From assembly GCA_023657465.1 (NCBI GenBank), contig JAGTJX010000004.1, forward strand, positions 18,053 to 50,052: a stretch of 32,000 bases of DNA. The letters run 5' to 3'. Shown here piece by piece: positions 1-9,849 of this stretch. Position numbers and translations under genes: made by a program. Each line of letters opens with the position of its first letter. Within the stretch, counting starts at the first letter, position 1. The notes under the pieces were generated by a model. It was not told where the DNA came from. It made no database searches and saw nothing but the letters and a program-made list of their open reading frames with translations. Origin of the DNA: Lysobacteraceae bacterium. Lineage in GTDB: Bacteria > Bdellovibrionota > UBA1018 > JAGTJX01.

Positions 1-1
1 A

Positions 2-1066
2 CGCCAGGAATATATTAAAAACGGATTCACTGATTCATTCCTCATTCCACTTGACGGTGAGCTTCTTAAGAAAACCATTCATGAATCGCTAGAGCTCGCA
101 TACAAAGCTAAAAAAGCGATGCGCGCAGTGAAGCTCATTGACATCGGGGCGAACTCCAAATTAGAATTTGATCTATCAATCTATCTCCCTGCAAACAAAA
201 AATACATTAAGTACTCAGCTGCAGGTGATGTGCTCGAAGCAGATCGACTTGATAAACTCAAAGAAAAAAAAGTGAGCAATATCTTCGTCCCAGTAGATCA
301 AATGAAACAGTTCTATGAGTATTCGGCTCATCGATTAAAAGAGCTCAATACCCCAGGAAAAATGAGTGAGACAGAACGCAAGGAGAGATTAGAAACAGCT
401 GTTCGCGATCTCATTACTGGAATGTTCGTCACCGATAGCAGTACAGTTACGATTGAAGCTGGGAAAATGATGGTCTCTGATTGTCAGGAGATCGTATCTA
501 CCTTCATCAATGCAAGCGCCCCAGGCGACTGGTACGGAAAAATTACTAAAACTATTGGCTCTACTAGTGATACATATTCGCACTCTTTGTCTGTTTCTAC
601 ATTTGCCTCACTTTTCTCTCTGGGACTTCAAATGGGTAAGCCCGAAGACATCGTAATTGCAGGAATGTTTCACGATCTTGGAATGGCCGATGTGCCAGTA
701 GAGGTTCAAAATAAGTCTGAGAGTGAAAGATCTTCTCAAGAAAAAAAGCTATATGAGATGCATCCCGAAATCTCAGTGAAGATCATGAAGGAGAGGAAGC
801 TCATCGTTCCTCCTACTGTCATGAGTGGAATTCTTCAACATCATGAAAAGTTTGATGGAACAGGTTTCCCCAAACAACTTCCTGGAAACAGGATCACTAT
901 AGAAGCACAGATAGTCGCCCTAGCAGATCGATTTGATTATTTGACTAGAGAAGAGCCAGGCAAGAAAAAAGTATTTCCTCAACAAGCATTAGAACAGATG
1001 CTCACTGATCCAGCGTTCAATCCTGAGCTCGTTAAAAAGCTCATTATCATGATGCCCAAGAGTTAA
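2..1066 (+). CDS. HD-GYP domain protein, 5' end outside window; probably receiver-HD-GYP response regulator
   Basis: The frame stays open upstream of the listed Met (RQEYIKNGFTDSFLIPLDGELLKKTIHESLELAYKAKKAMRAV...), resembling the C-terminus of a receiver domain. HD motif HDLGM and HHEKFDGTGFP match HD-GYP. Confidence 0.85.
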   Translation, partial: RQEYIKNGFTDSFLIPLDGELLKKTIHESLELAYKAKKAMRAVKLIDIGANSKLEFDLSIYLPANKKYIKYSAAGDVLEADRLDKLKEKKVSNIFVPVDQMKQFYEYSAHRLKELNTPGKMSETERKERLETAVRDLITGMFVTDSSTVTIEAGKMMVSDCQEIVSTFINASAPGDWYGKITKTIGSTSDTYSHSLSVSTFASLFSLGLQMGKPEDIVIAGMFHDLGMADVPVEVQNKSESERSSQEKKLYEMHPEISVKIMKERKLIVPPTVMSGILQHHEKFDGTGFPKQLPGNRITIEAQIVALADRFDYLTREEPGKKKVFPQQALEQMLTDPAFNPELVKKLIIMMPKS

Positions 1067-1069
1067 ACA

Positions 1070-1387
1070 TTAAGTTTTAGGTTTGATGGGATTGAATACA
1101 CTGACCATTCCATCAGCTGTCACTTGCTTTAGGATTTTTGGATTCAGCTTTGCGCTAGTCAATTGTTTGCCTGCGTCTTTGAGAGCTTTTTGAAAAAGTG
1201 AAAGCGGTCTGTAAAAGGCAGTGTCAATGTTCTGAACATCGGAGCAATCTAGCAGGTGAATTTGACTGGGGAGATTAGCCCAACCTTGAAATTGGATTTC
1301 TAATTGTTTCGCTGTAACATTGTCTACGGTCTCAGGAAGTTTGATAATATGAATATTGTCTTTTTGTTGGGTTTGAATCGGTGCCAT
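1070..1387 (-). CDS. STAS-domain (anti-sigma factor antagonist-like) protein
   Basis: IHIIKLPETVDNVTAKQLEIQF...LLDCSDVQNIDTAFYRPLSLFQKALKDAGKQL pattern. Start at internal Met (MAPIQTQQ) chosen over the listed 1483 start, which overlaps the divergent CheY-like gene. Confidence 0.6.
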   Translation of the reverse strand: MAPIQTQQKDNIHIIKLPETVDNVTAKQLEIQFQGWANLPSQIHLLDCSDVQNIDTAFYRPLSLFQKALKDAGKQLTSAKLNPKILKQVTADGMVSVFNPIKPKT

Positions 1388-1408
1388 AATAGTTGAAAGG
1401 ATAATCAA

Positions 1409-1798
1409 ATGAGCATTAAGGTGCAAGGTGCGATTCTCGTAGTAGACGATATGATGTTGGTTCGTAGAACAATCATCAAACACTTTAAGGAACTAGGCGC
1501 GTCTCAATTCATTGAAGCAAGCAGTGGTCGTGAAGCGTTTGAAAAACTTTCACGGGGCACAGAAGCTGTAGGTCTTGCTCTCATAGACTGGTCGATGCCT
1601 GATGCTCCAGGAATTGATCTACTTACGCGTTTAAAAGGTGAAACGCGCTTCAAAGAACTCCAAGTCATCATGATGTTTCTCGACTCTGAGAGTGAACATA
1701 TCAAGGAAGCCCTTGGAAAAGGTTCGAACCAAACATTGACCAAACCATTCGGTCCTATTCAGATCAATGATGTTTTGAAAAAATTGAATCTAGTTTAA
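1409..1798 (+). CDS. CheY-like single-domain response regulator
   Basis: AILVVDDMMLVRRTI...ALIDWSMPDAPGIDLL...LTKPFGP: acidic pair, phospho-Asp region and conserved Lys. Confidence 0.92.
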   Translation: MSIKVQGAILVVDDMMLVRRTIIKHFKELGASQFIEASSGREAFEKLSRGTEAVGLALIDWSMPDAPGIDLLTRLKGETRFKELQVIMMFLDSESEHIKEALGKGSNQTLTKPFGPIQINDVLKKLNLV

Positions 1799-4700
1799 TT
1801 CTACAGAAACTACTTTTGAGACGCCTGGCTCTTCCATGGTCACGCCATAGAGAGTATCGTTCAATTCCATCGTTTTCTTATTGTGTGTGATTACAATGAA
1901 CTGACTCTTTGCAGACATCTCTCTCAGAAGTGCATTGAACTTACCGATGTTTGAATCATCGAGAGGTGCATCGACTTCATCGAGCAAACAGAATGGTGAA
2001 GGTTTAATGAGGAAAATTGAGAAAATAAGTGAGATCGCTGTGAGCGCTTTCTCTCCTCCTGAAAGCAAAGTGATATTGCTGACTTTTTTGCCAGGAGGTT
2101 GAGCCATGATCTCTACACCCGCTTCAAGAATATCAGTAGAACCTTCGGGATATACAAGAGTAAGAGTAGCTGAGCCACCACCGAAGATAATTGGGAAGAG
2201 TTTCTGGAAACGATCCGCAATTGCTTCGAATGCTTTCTGGAAGCGTTCTTCTGAAGTCTTATTGATGTGATCGATGGCTGCGTTTAAGTTCTCGATGGAT
2301 TTCTCAAGGTCGAGTTTCTCTCCATTGAGATATTCGAAGCGTTTTTTCATTTCTTCGAACTCTTCGACTGCCATGACGTTCACTTCGCCTAGCTTTCTAA
2401 TTTTTTCTTTGAGTTGCTCTACAGTTTCGAAAAGTTGCTTCTCATCTTCAGCAGACATCTCGCCTGTGATTACAGGATTGGTCATTTCTTCCTGAATCGG
2501 CGCTTGGTCAATGGGCTCGGTTAAGCAACCGACGCCATACTTTTCTTCAAGATTGAGCGAAAGGTGGGAGATCTCTCCAGACATTCTCTCAATGTCGATT
2601 GCAAGTTGGTTGACCGCTGTTGATTTTTCTTCGGACTTCTTATGAAGATCTTTGATTTGATCGAGGCCTAAGTTTAGCGCGAGAGAAGCTTGATCCAGTT
2701 TGTACTTAACGGCTGCTAATTCTGTTTGTTTCTCCGAGAGTTCACGCTGAAGTCTCTCTATTGTAGACTTCATGGAATCATCAGAATTTACAAACTGTAA
2801 TCGCTCGTCTGTCACGCGCTCAAGGAGTCTTTTGATCTCTTCAAGTCTAAGTTCCTTCTGATTAATGAATTGATTAGCCGACTCTAATTCTCGCTTCAAG
2901 CTCTGTAGGCGCTCCTTCTTGGAGGCTTCATCAATACGCTTGGATTGTAATACGTTGTTGAGGGCTTGAAGCTCTAAAGACTTTTTACCCAAAACAGAGT
3001 CATCATTTAAGAGCTTGGACTCTAGATTTGACTGAGAGGCGTTGATTGATTCTAATTGAGAAACGATTTGGATCTTCTCGTTTGCACTTTCATCAAGAGA
3101 AATTCGAATGCGTTCGCATTCAGAATTCATCTTCAGAGATTGTTTCTCAAGGTCTAGTATTTGAAGTTTAAGGCTAGAGATGTCTTTCTTGCTTGAGAAG
3201 ACATTCATCTCGATAGAGATCATTCGAGACTTGAGTGTCTCGATCGCTTGTTTAGCTGTAACTGTAGCGGTTTCACATTCTGTGACTCTAGCGATTGAAC
3301 TCTGATATTCCTGGGTTTGAGCATCAGTCTGAGTAGCTAATTCTTGAATGAGGCGCTTACGTCCTAAGATACTGACCGTCTGGTCGACTGTGGTGCTACC
3401 ACCACGAAGTGTGCCGTTGGCATCTACAGAATCTCCGTTGAGATCTACAAAAGTGAATCCAGAGAACTGAGCGAGAGTCGCTCCGTTAGAGATGCAGTTT
3501 AACAATAGCGGTGAAATCGATTCAACCACAAATGCCTTAGAGAATAACTGGTGCGTGAATGCATCGATATTCGATGTTGATTTGAAAGTGAGGAAGTCTA
3601 GAAGTGAGCCATGAAGAACTACGCCTAGAGAAGCGAGTTTTTCATAAGGAATGTTTTCAATTGTGGCATTCGGCATGAGCTGAATGCTTTGGAATGCGGC
3701 TCTGCCTTTGATGCGCTCTCTTAAGTATTGGAATGCAGTAATCGCATCTGTTGGGTTGCCAACGAAGATGAGTTCAAGTAGGGATTCTAGGAAACCTTCA
3801 AGCGACTTCTCATAGCCCTGCTTCACTTCGATACTGTCAGCTAAGAGCTGGAAGTTTTCAGACATTCCACTTGCACGAGCCCATTCCATTACAGCCTTAG
3901 GTCCGTCGCCTAAGCCTTCAAATTGGTCGTTGAGTTCTTTTAAACTATTCAGTCTTGATTCAGTTTGAGTGAGCTTCTTATGAAGAGAGTCACGAGCTTG
4001 TATCTCATTATAAGTTTGTTCTTGGAGAGAAGTAAGAGTGCTTGATGCAGCTTGGATTTCTGAAGAAACCGCATTCATGCTGGACTCTTGCTCAGAAAGC
4101 GATGCTATTGCTGTGTCCGACTGCGCATTCAGTGTAGCGACTTGCTCTGCGATTTCTGTGAGAGAGGTTTCAAAAGAGTGTTTCTGGTCAGTGAGTGACT
4201 CAATTTTAGCGCCAGTCGCAGCGAGTTGTGCTGAGAGCTCAGATCTACGATTCACGTTGCTGATGAGCTCTTGTTTGGCTTGATCGAGTACAGCTCTCGT
4301 CTCGTTGACTTCCTTCATGAGGGTGTCAGTTTGGATGGAGAACGAATTGATTTCTGCTTCGTGAGAAGCAAATTGAGATTGAATGTGGGTGAGTTCGTTT
4401 TCTTGAGTGAGTGTTCTCTCTTTGGATTCGAGCAGGTTCTGTGAAAGCTCAGATTGCTCGATAGTGAAGCTTTGGATTTGCTGATCGAGATCGCCTTGTC
4501 TTCTGCGTGAGAGATCAAGTGCGCTTTGTTCATGAGTGAGATCAGTAGAGATTGTTTGAATGAGTACTTGAAGATCATCAGAAAGCTTCTGATCTTGAAC
4601 TTGATTAATACGTTGAATTTCGAGTTCATTCTCAGAAGTAGAGAGTGTGGACTTAAGTCCGATGAGATCTTGTTCGAAAGTTTCGCGCTCAAGCTTAATA

Positions 4701-5473
4701 AATTCAATTTTCTCGCTTAGGATTTTAAATTTTCTGCGACCCCAGCTGATTTCTTTTTCGAAGAGTTCTTTTTTGTATTCTTTGTAGCGATTCGCTTTTT
4801 GGGCTTGGCGCTCAAGAGACGAAAGATTGCGCTCGATTTCCTGAAGGACGTCATTGAGTCTCGAGAGGTTAGCCTTTGCAGATTCAAGTTTGCGGAGAGA
4901 TTCTTTTTTGCGGGACTTGTACTTTGCAATTCCAGCGGCTTCTTCAACCAGGAGCCTTCGGTCTTCTGGTTTAGAGTTAACGATTTTGCCGATTTGGCCT
5001 TGCTCGATGACGGAGTAGCCCTTGGCTCCGATACCGGTATCCATGAAGAGTTCATGAATGTCTTTGAGTCGGGCAGTAATTCCATTGATGAAATATTCGC
5101 CTTCGCCTTGGCGGTTCACTCGGCGGGTGACGGAGACTTCCTTCATTTGTGTTGAAAGTGAGAGTGCAGGATCAAGGCTTGCGCCAGCAGGTGCTGTAGC
5201 AGGGTCTACCTGAGGAACTTCCATAACGAGAGTGGCTTCGGCGTAGGGAAGGGGCTGATATTTTGAGCTACCGTTAAATATCAAATCTTCAGCGTTGCTA
5301 CCGCGGATATGTTTGTAACTTTGCTCGCCCATGACCCAGAAAAACGCATCAACGATATTGGATTTACCGCAGCCGTTAGGGCCTACAATCCCTGTGATTC
5401 CATGGTCAAAATGGATTACTGTCTTGTCTTTAAATGATTTGAATCCTTGAACTTCTAGTCGTTTGACGCGCAT
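1790..5473 (-). CDS. smc: Chromosome segregation protein SMC
   Basis: N-terminal Walker A (GIVGPNGCGKSNIVDAFFWVMGEQS), central coiled coils and hinge, C-terminal signature LLSGGEKALTAISLIFSIFLIKPSPFCLLDEVDAPLDD. Start at MRVKRLEVQGFKSF (internal Met) preferred over 5527. Confidence 0.97.
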   Translation of the reverse strand: MRVKRLEVQGFKSFKDKTVIHFDHGITGIVGPNGCGKSNIVDAFFWVMGEQSYKHIRGSNAEDLIFNGSSKYQPLPYAEATLVMEVPQVDPATAPAGASLDPALSLSTQMKEVSVTRRVNRQGEGEYFINGITARLKDIHELFMDTGIGAKGYSVIEQGQIGKIVNSKPEDRRLLVEEAAGIAKYKSRKKESLRKLESAKANLSRLNDVLQEIERNLSSLERQAQKANRYKEYKKELFEKEISWGRRKFKILSEKIEFIKLERETFEQDLIGLKSTLSTSENELEIQRINQVQDQKLSDDLQVLIQTISTDLTHEQSALDLSRRRQGDLDQQIQSFTIEQSELSQNLLESKERTLTQENELTHIQSQFASHEAEINSFSIQTDTLMKEVNETRAVLDQAKQELISNVNRRSELSAQLAATGAKIESLTDQKHSFETSLTEIAEQVATLNAQSDTAIASLSEQESSMNAVSSEIQAASSTLTSLQEQTYNEIQARDSLHKKLTQTESRLNSLKELNDQFEGLGDGPKAVMEWARASGMSENFQLLADSIEVKQGYEKSLEGFLESLLELIFVGNPTDAITAFQYLRERIKGRAAFQSIQLMPNATIENIPYEKLASLGVVLHGSLLDFLTFKSTSNIDAFTHQLFSKAFVVESISPLLLNCISNGATLAQFSGFTFVDLNGDSVDANGTLRGGSTTVDQTVSILGRKRLIQELATQTDAQTQEYQSSIARVTECETATVTAKQAIETLKSRMISIEMNVFSSKKDISSLKLQILDLEKQSLKMNSECERIRISLDESANEKIQIVSQLESINASQSNLESKLLNDDSVLGKKSLELQALNNVLQSKRIDEASKKERLQSLKRELESANQFINQKELRLEEIKRLLERVTDERLQFVNSDDSMKSTIERLQRELSEKQTELAAVKYKLDQASLALNLGLDQIKDLHKKSEEKSTAVNQLAIDIERMSGEISHLSLNLEEKYGVGCLTEPIDQAPIQEEMTNPVITGEMSAEDEKQLFETVEQLKEKIRKLGEVNVMAVEEFEEMKKRFEYLNGEKLDLEKSIENLNAAIDHINKTSEERFQKAFEAIADRFQKLFPIIFGGGSATLTLVYPEGSTDILEAGVEIMAQPPGKKVSNITLLSGGEKALTAISLIFSIFLIKPSPFCLLDEVDAPLDDSNIGKFNALLREMSAKSQFIVITHNKKTMELNDTLYGVTMEEPGVSKVVSVELN

Positions 5474-5628
5474 GCCGTAGGAGAGTGTATCCAAAAGGTC
5501 GGAAAATACAAAAAATAAAACCGTCATTGAACAGACGTTTGACAGGGTGATTGAGACACTCTTTTAAAATAGAATAAATAATTGTTTTTATTAAAGTTTT
5601 AATCGGACACATGCCAGCTTTCTGAGTA

Positions 5629-5656
5629 TTGCAAGGCGTCACGATTGCGATATTCT
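5629..5656 (+). promoter_or_regulatory. Possible sigma70-like promoter for the downstream RNA candidate
   Basis: TTGCAA (5629-5634), 16-bp spacer, TATTCT (5651-5656). Confidence 0.35.
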
Positions 5657-5659
5657 GAG

Positions 5660-5984
5660 GGGGATAGTTAGGAGAAACAGTATGATGAAACACCAATTGC
5701 GGTATCTGGCTGAAAAAATCCAGGATACGGGCCCTCCGCGACACTAATAGCATGAGCCGATCTGATCGATATCGGCAGAGCTCATGTGACTTTGGATGGG
5801 AATGGCCGTTTCTGTCGCGAAGCCGGTTATAAAAATTGGTAAGTCTGTTAGTTAAATTGGATGAACAGATGGATTACGCGTAATACGGATCCATCCAAGA
5901 CAAAATAAACGACCCTTCTGTGGTTGTTAAAGTCGGAAGCCAAAAATCTTCCTAAAAGGCGGGCCTCGAACCCGCCTTTTTTTT
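5660..5984 (+). ncRNA. Candidate structured non-coding RNA or leader ending in an intrinsic terminator; family not recognised
   Basis: Gene-free between smc and the LRR gene; hairpins at 5751-5786 and 5857-5898; ends at GGCGGG-cctcgaa-CCCGCC plus T tract. Confidence 0.45.
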
Positions 5985-5985
5985 T
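5955..5985 (+). terminator. Strong rho-independent terminator
   Basis: AAAAGGCGGG cctcgaa CCCGCCTTTTTTTT. Confidence 0.85.
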
Positions 5986-6073
5986 GTCCTCGAATCAACT
6001 CTTTGATTATTCTGCTCTCAATGAGAAGAGTCACCTTGTTGACTTAATGCATTAACTAAATTAAAGGTTAATC

Positions 6074-7129
6074 ATGAAAATAATTTCTCATGTTGTTTTA
6101 ATAGCAATCATACACTCGATATCCGCTACTCACGTTTGGGCCCAAAGCATAGAGCCATACCAATGCAAAACAGATCTTCAACTCAGCTTTGATTTCTTAA
6201 TTAAAAAAGGAATTAAGATTGCGGATATATCTGCTCTCAAGTTAACCACCGCAATTGACTTAGGTGGCCTAGGAATGACCGATCAGGACTTGCATTACTT
6301 GTGCCCTTTGACTGAGCTCACTAGCCTAGCACTCTATAATGATAACTCTGCTAATCCTCTAACTGGAAAGACACTTGAAAACCTTTCCACTCTCAGCAAA
6401 TTAAAAACTCTTGATTTGGATAGTAATCAAATCCGCGCTAACGATCTTTATCGATTAAAAGGAATGCAGAGTTTATCTTTGTTGAAACTATTTAATAATC
6501 CTCTGACTGCTGACGGTGCGGAGGGATTTTCAGCATTATTGGATTTACCCAAACTCGAATCTCTTTATCTGCATAAAACAGGCATCACAGCTAAAGATCT
6601 TGAAGGGTTGTCGGCTCTTAAAGACAGTCAGTCTTTGAGAGAACTCATTCTCATTGGGAACTCTCTGGGAGATGAACTCGCTCCATTAGCACTTATGCAA
6701 AACATTGAGCGACTCGATCTTACAGGAGTTGAAATGAAAACAGGAGCTGGACTGCAAGCTATTGGCTCTTTGTCTCAATTAAGTTCGCTTGTAATCGGAA
6801 ATAATGGATTTTCGACACCTTTAATGAACTCTATCAAATCAGAAAATTTTCTATTTTTAGTGGATGCCAAAAACTTAAAGTCCTTAGACGTCAGAGGACT
6901 CTATGTGAATGATTCAGATATCGCTGCGATCACAAATATTCAATCTCTCGTGCAACTAGAAATCGGTTATTCAATGGATGTTTCTAATGAAGGTTTAATG
7001 AAGCTGAAAAATCTCCCTCATTTAAAATGCGTCGTAATCGAAAGTGAAATCAATTACGATTTGCTCAAATCTCAGCTTCCAGGAGTGAAAATCCTAAAAA
7101 ATTCCATGAGTCGTTGCCGGTTTTTGTGA
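6074..7129 (+). CDS. Exported leucine-rich repeat protein
   Basis: N-terminal signal peptide (MKIISHVVLIAIIHSISATHVWAQ) and repeated LxxLxxLxLxxN units. Confidence 0.8.
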   Translation: MKIISHVVLIAIIHSISATHVWAQSIEPYQCKTDLQLSFDFLIKKGIKIADISALKLTTAIDLGGLGMTDQDLHYLCPLTELTSLALYNDNSANPLTGKTLENLSTLSKLKTLDLDSNQIRANDLYRLKGMQSLSLLKLFNNPLTADGAEGFSALLDLPKLESLYLHKTGITAKDLEGLSALKDSQSLRELILIGNSLGDELAPLALMQNIERLDLTGVEMKTGAGLQAIGSLSQLSSLVIGNNGFSTPLMNSIKSENFLFLVDAKNLKSLDVRGLYVNDSDIAAITNIQSLVQLEIGYSMDVSNEGLMKLKNLPHLKCVVIESEINYDLLKSQLPGVKILKNSMSRCRFL

Positions 7130-7298
7130 GCATTGGTTTGCTTTATTAACCCAGGCTTTTTTAATCGAGAACATTAAAGGATGTCAGGTTTTTGACTGCC
7201 CCAATCAGTGTTTGAATCTTGTCGGCTTAAGTAACTAAATCTTAAACTCATGAAAGTCGCAAAAAATTGAGAAACTCACTCTAGATGCCGAATAGTAA

Positions 7299-8141
7299 GT
7301 GATGTTGATTGTGTATCCCAAACTACCATTGGAAGTAGCTCCGAGGCTTAAGGAATGTCCTATTTCAACGGTGGCACCTTATGCACTGATGTTGGCGCCG
7401 ATGTACGTCTTCATGCCGAAGAATAAAAGATTCGTTTCAGTCAAATCTCCTATGGATTTTTTTACTCCTGAAGAACTCAAAAAAATTGAAGTCATGACAA
7501 ACTTCTACGTTCCAGATTTTGTCGAGCATGTCGTACCTTATCGTAGTACCGGTAGATCAATCCGCTCCCTACTTACCTATCAAGTCGGTGAGAATGAACT
7601 AGGACCAACTCCGTTTGAACTCAGTGATTCGATTCTACGCCTCGTGGCTCCGCTCTGGAGATCGGGCTGGAAAGTAGATCCATTCTTCGTTTCAGTTCTT
7701 GTGAATGAATTATTCGAACCTCTTCCAGAAGCGGTTCTTAACCAGGCTCGTGATGAAAACGTAGATCAGTTTGAGAGATCACTCTATCAATCCAGCATCA
7801 CTGTGTTTCTTGCACTTCACTTGGGCTACACCGACCTTAAGGAGTTGGGAAAAATAAGAACACGCGTATTTGCGTTATCGAGCGCAAACCGTGCAGTGGG
7901 AGAACTCAAGACTGAGCTTGAAGAGCTCATTGCTTGTGTACAAAGTCTCTGCACTGAGTCCACTCAATGCACACTCGATTTCGATCAATTAGAAAAAGCA
8001 CCTGGAATCACATTTCAAAGACTCAAATTTAGGTTGAAGAGAATTCGTGAAGAGCTGAATAAAGCGCCGCAAGACTTCGTTTCGTTCAAATCATTATTAG
8101 AGGAAGAGATTAAGGTTAATGAGCTCACAGCAACAGCCTAG
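7299..8141 (+). CDS. Hypothetical protein, 280 aa
   Basis: Long ORF overlapping the next gene by 23 bp; no family recognised. Confidence 0.75.
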   Translation: MMLIVYPKLPLEVAPRLKECPISTVAPYALMLAPMYVFMPKNKRFVSVKSPMDFFTPEELKKIEVMTNFYVPDFVEHVVPYRSTGRSIRSLLTYQVGENELGPTPFELSDSILRLVAPLWRSGWKVDPFFVSVLVNELFEPLPEAVLNQARDENVDQFERSLYQSSITVFLALHLGYTDLKELGKIRTRVFALSSANRAVGELKTELEELIACVQSLCTESTQCTLDFDQLEKAPGITFQRLKFRLKRIREELNKAPQDFVSFKSLLEEEIKVNELTATA

Positions 8142-9849
8142 AGAGGCTAAGACATTCGGGGTAGGAAGTTGCCTGCAGGATGATGCAAGGGTCTACTATT
8201 CTCATTTGAGCTCAATGGATCATATTGGTCGTGTTTCTGATTTATTTTCTGCACTTCTAAAAAACCACTCTCCGAACCCATTAAAGATTCGCATGTTATC
8301 TCTCCTCATTGGATTCCAAGCTTACTTCGTCAGATCAGCGATTCAGAACGGAAATCAAACCGTTCTCATGGAATGCGGAAACGATTTGAATACTGTAGCT
8401 CTAGGTGTTTCATTTATCTATCCAGGATTCGGAAAGGAAGCACTAGCGGGTTTACCGGATCGTATACGTACAAATACTCCAGGAAGCGCATTTGAGAAGA
8501 TCCTCTTCAATTGCGCAGATATTTCTGATCGTTGTTACTTCAGGATTCAACCTCAGACTCAAAAAATTGAAATTGTGGGTGTGTTTGCGTTCTCTTCAAA
8601 AGACCTGGAAATGAATGTTCCGATCTCACAGAAGTTAAGTTTCATCTTGATTGGTGAAAACGCACCTAAGAAACCAGAAGTCAAAGAGTACAAAGAACTC
8701 GGTGATACTAATTATGCAAAACTACTTGAGCAGAAGATCCCGAATGACCAAATTCTAGCTCCTACAAACGGTGAGTTCATCGCTAAGTCAGTAAAGGTCG
8801 ACGACTTCAAGAAGATCATTGAAGATAGTCAGAAGAAAGACGACTTCAAACAAACGATCACAGACGACACCAATAAAGACGAAAATGATAAGACCTTTAG
8901 CGGTGAAGCTTACAAAAAAAATAACGAGAAATTCGTGTTTAAGGCTACAGCAGCAGACGAAGAAATTTATAAGTCTCTTCCTGAAGCTAAGGAAACAGAT
9001 CAAGAGTTAGAAGAGTCAGCAGCTGGATTAGATGATGTGGTAACTTCAGTTCGCGGTCAAACTCTCGATGGTCTCTCTCGTAGTAGTAATAGCAATAAAG
9101 ACGAGACTAAAAAAGCAGTGGATAGTTTGTTTAAGGATCTCGTCCAAGAAAAGTCAAAACTCGTGGATACAGCGCGAAGAGTGAGCATGCTTCTGAAGAA
9201 AAAGGCTCTCGAGTTTAGAAACAAAGAGCGCACCTGGCAGGAAGAAGCAAGACGTAAAGATGAAGAGATTAAGCAGAAGCAGTCCGCATATACTCATATC
9301 AAAGAAATGCTTTCAAAGGCAAATGCTCAAACTGAGCAGTTGCAAAGACAAGCTCTCGCTACTAACAACGATGTTATTTTTAAAGAAAAATACGACATTG
9401 TCAGAGCAGAATTAGCAGAGCTCAAGCGTGAACACATGCTCGCTACTCGCAAAGTAGCTGAAACCACAAGACAACTCACTGAGGCTCAAACAGCAGTGAA
9501 AGAGAACAGCACTTCTGAGTCACAGACCAAACTTGTGAGTGAACTCAATCAGAAAGTGGCACAGTCCAATCGTCAGCTCGAAGAATACAAACGTGTGAAT
9601 GCTCAGATCATGGGTAAGGTCACTGAACTTGAGAAAAAGCGTGGATCAGGTAATTCACAGCTCGAAGAATTCAAGTCGAAGCTCGCTAAGACCACTCAGC
9701 TCTTCCAAGAGAAGTCGAAAGAATCTGAAAGAAATAGAGTGAAGATCAAAGAACTGCAAGATGAGAAAGACAAGTTGTTTAAGGAGTTAGTAGAAGTCAG
9801 AACGGCATTTAATGCAATTAAGAAACCTACACCGCCTAAGGCTGCGTAA
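8119..9849 (+). CDS. Hypothetical protein with N-terminal globular domain and long C-terminal coiled coil
   Basis: 576 aa ORF; C-terminal heptad-rich region (KNKERTWQEEARRKDEEIKQKQSAYTHIKEMLSKANAQTEQLQ...). Confidence 0.8.
   Translation: MSSQQQPREAKTFGVGSCLQDDARVYYSHLSSMDHIGRVSDLFSALLKNHSPNPLKIRMLSLLIGFQAYFVRSAIQNGNQTVLMECGNDLNTVALGVSFIYPGFGKEALAGLPDRIRTNTPGSAFEKILFNCADISDRCYFRIQPQTQKIEIVGVFAFSSKDLEMNVPISQKLSFILIGENAPKKPEVKEYKELGDTNYAKLLEQKIPNDQILAPTNGEFIAKSVKVDDFKKIIEDSQKKDDFKQTITDDTNKDENDKTFSGEAYKKNNEKFVFKATAADEEIYKSLPEAKETDQELEESAAGLDDVVTSVRGQTLDGLSRSSNSNKDETKKAVDSLFKDLVQEKSKLVDTARRVSMLLKKKALEFRNKERTWQEEARRKDEEIKQKQSAYTHIKEMLSKANAQTEQLQRQALATNNDVIFKEKYDIVRAELAELKREHMLATRKVAETTRQLTEAQTAVKENSTSESQTKLVSELNQKVAQSNRQLEEYKRVNAQIMGKVTELEKKRGSGNSQLEEFKSKLAKTTQLFQEKSKESERNRVKIKELQDEKDKLFKELVEVRTAFNAIKKPTPPKAA

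Noticed and set aside
2274-5155. Track ORFs 2274..2495, 4038..4283, 4315..4707, 4526..4720, 4717..5085 and 4799..5155 inside smc
   Set aside because: They overlap a strongly supported smc reading frame, have low-complexity Ser/Leu/Phe composition and no recognisable domains.
5430-5753. Minus-strand 107-aa ORF over the smc start and RNA candidate
   Set aside because: No domain, overlaps the smc N-terminus out of frame, and the region is better explained by promoter and RNA features.
5660-5984. tmRNA, 6S RNA, SRP RNA, RNase P RNA or tRNA
   Set aside because: Diagnostic elements of these classes were not found by eye on either strand. Left as unassigned pending an Rfam search.
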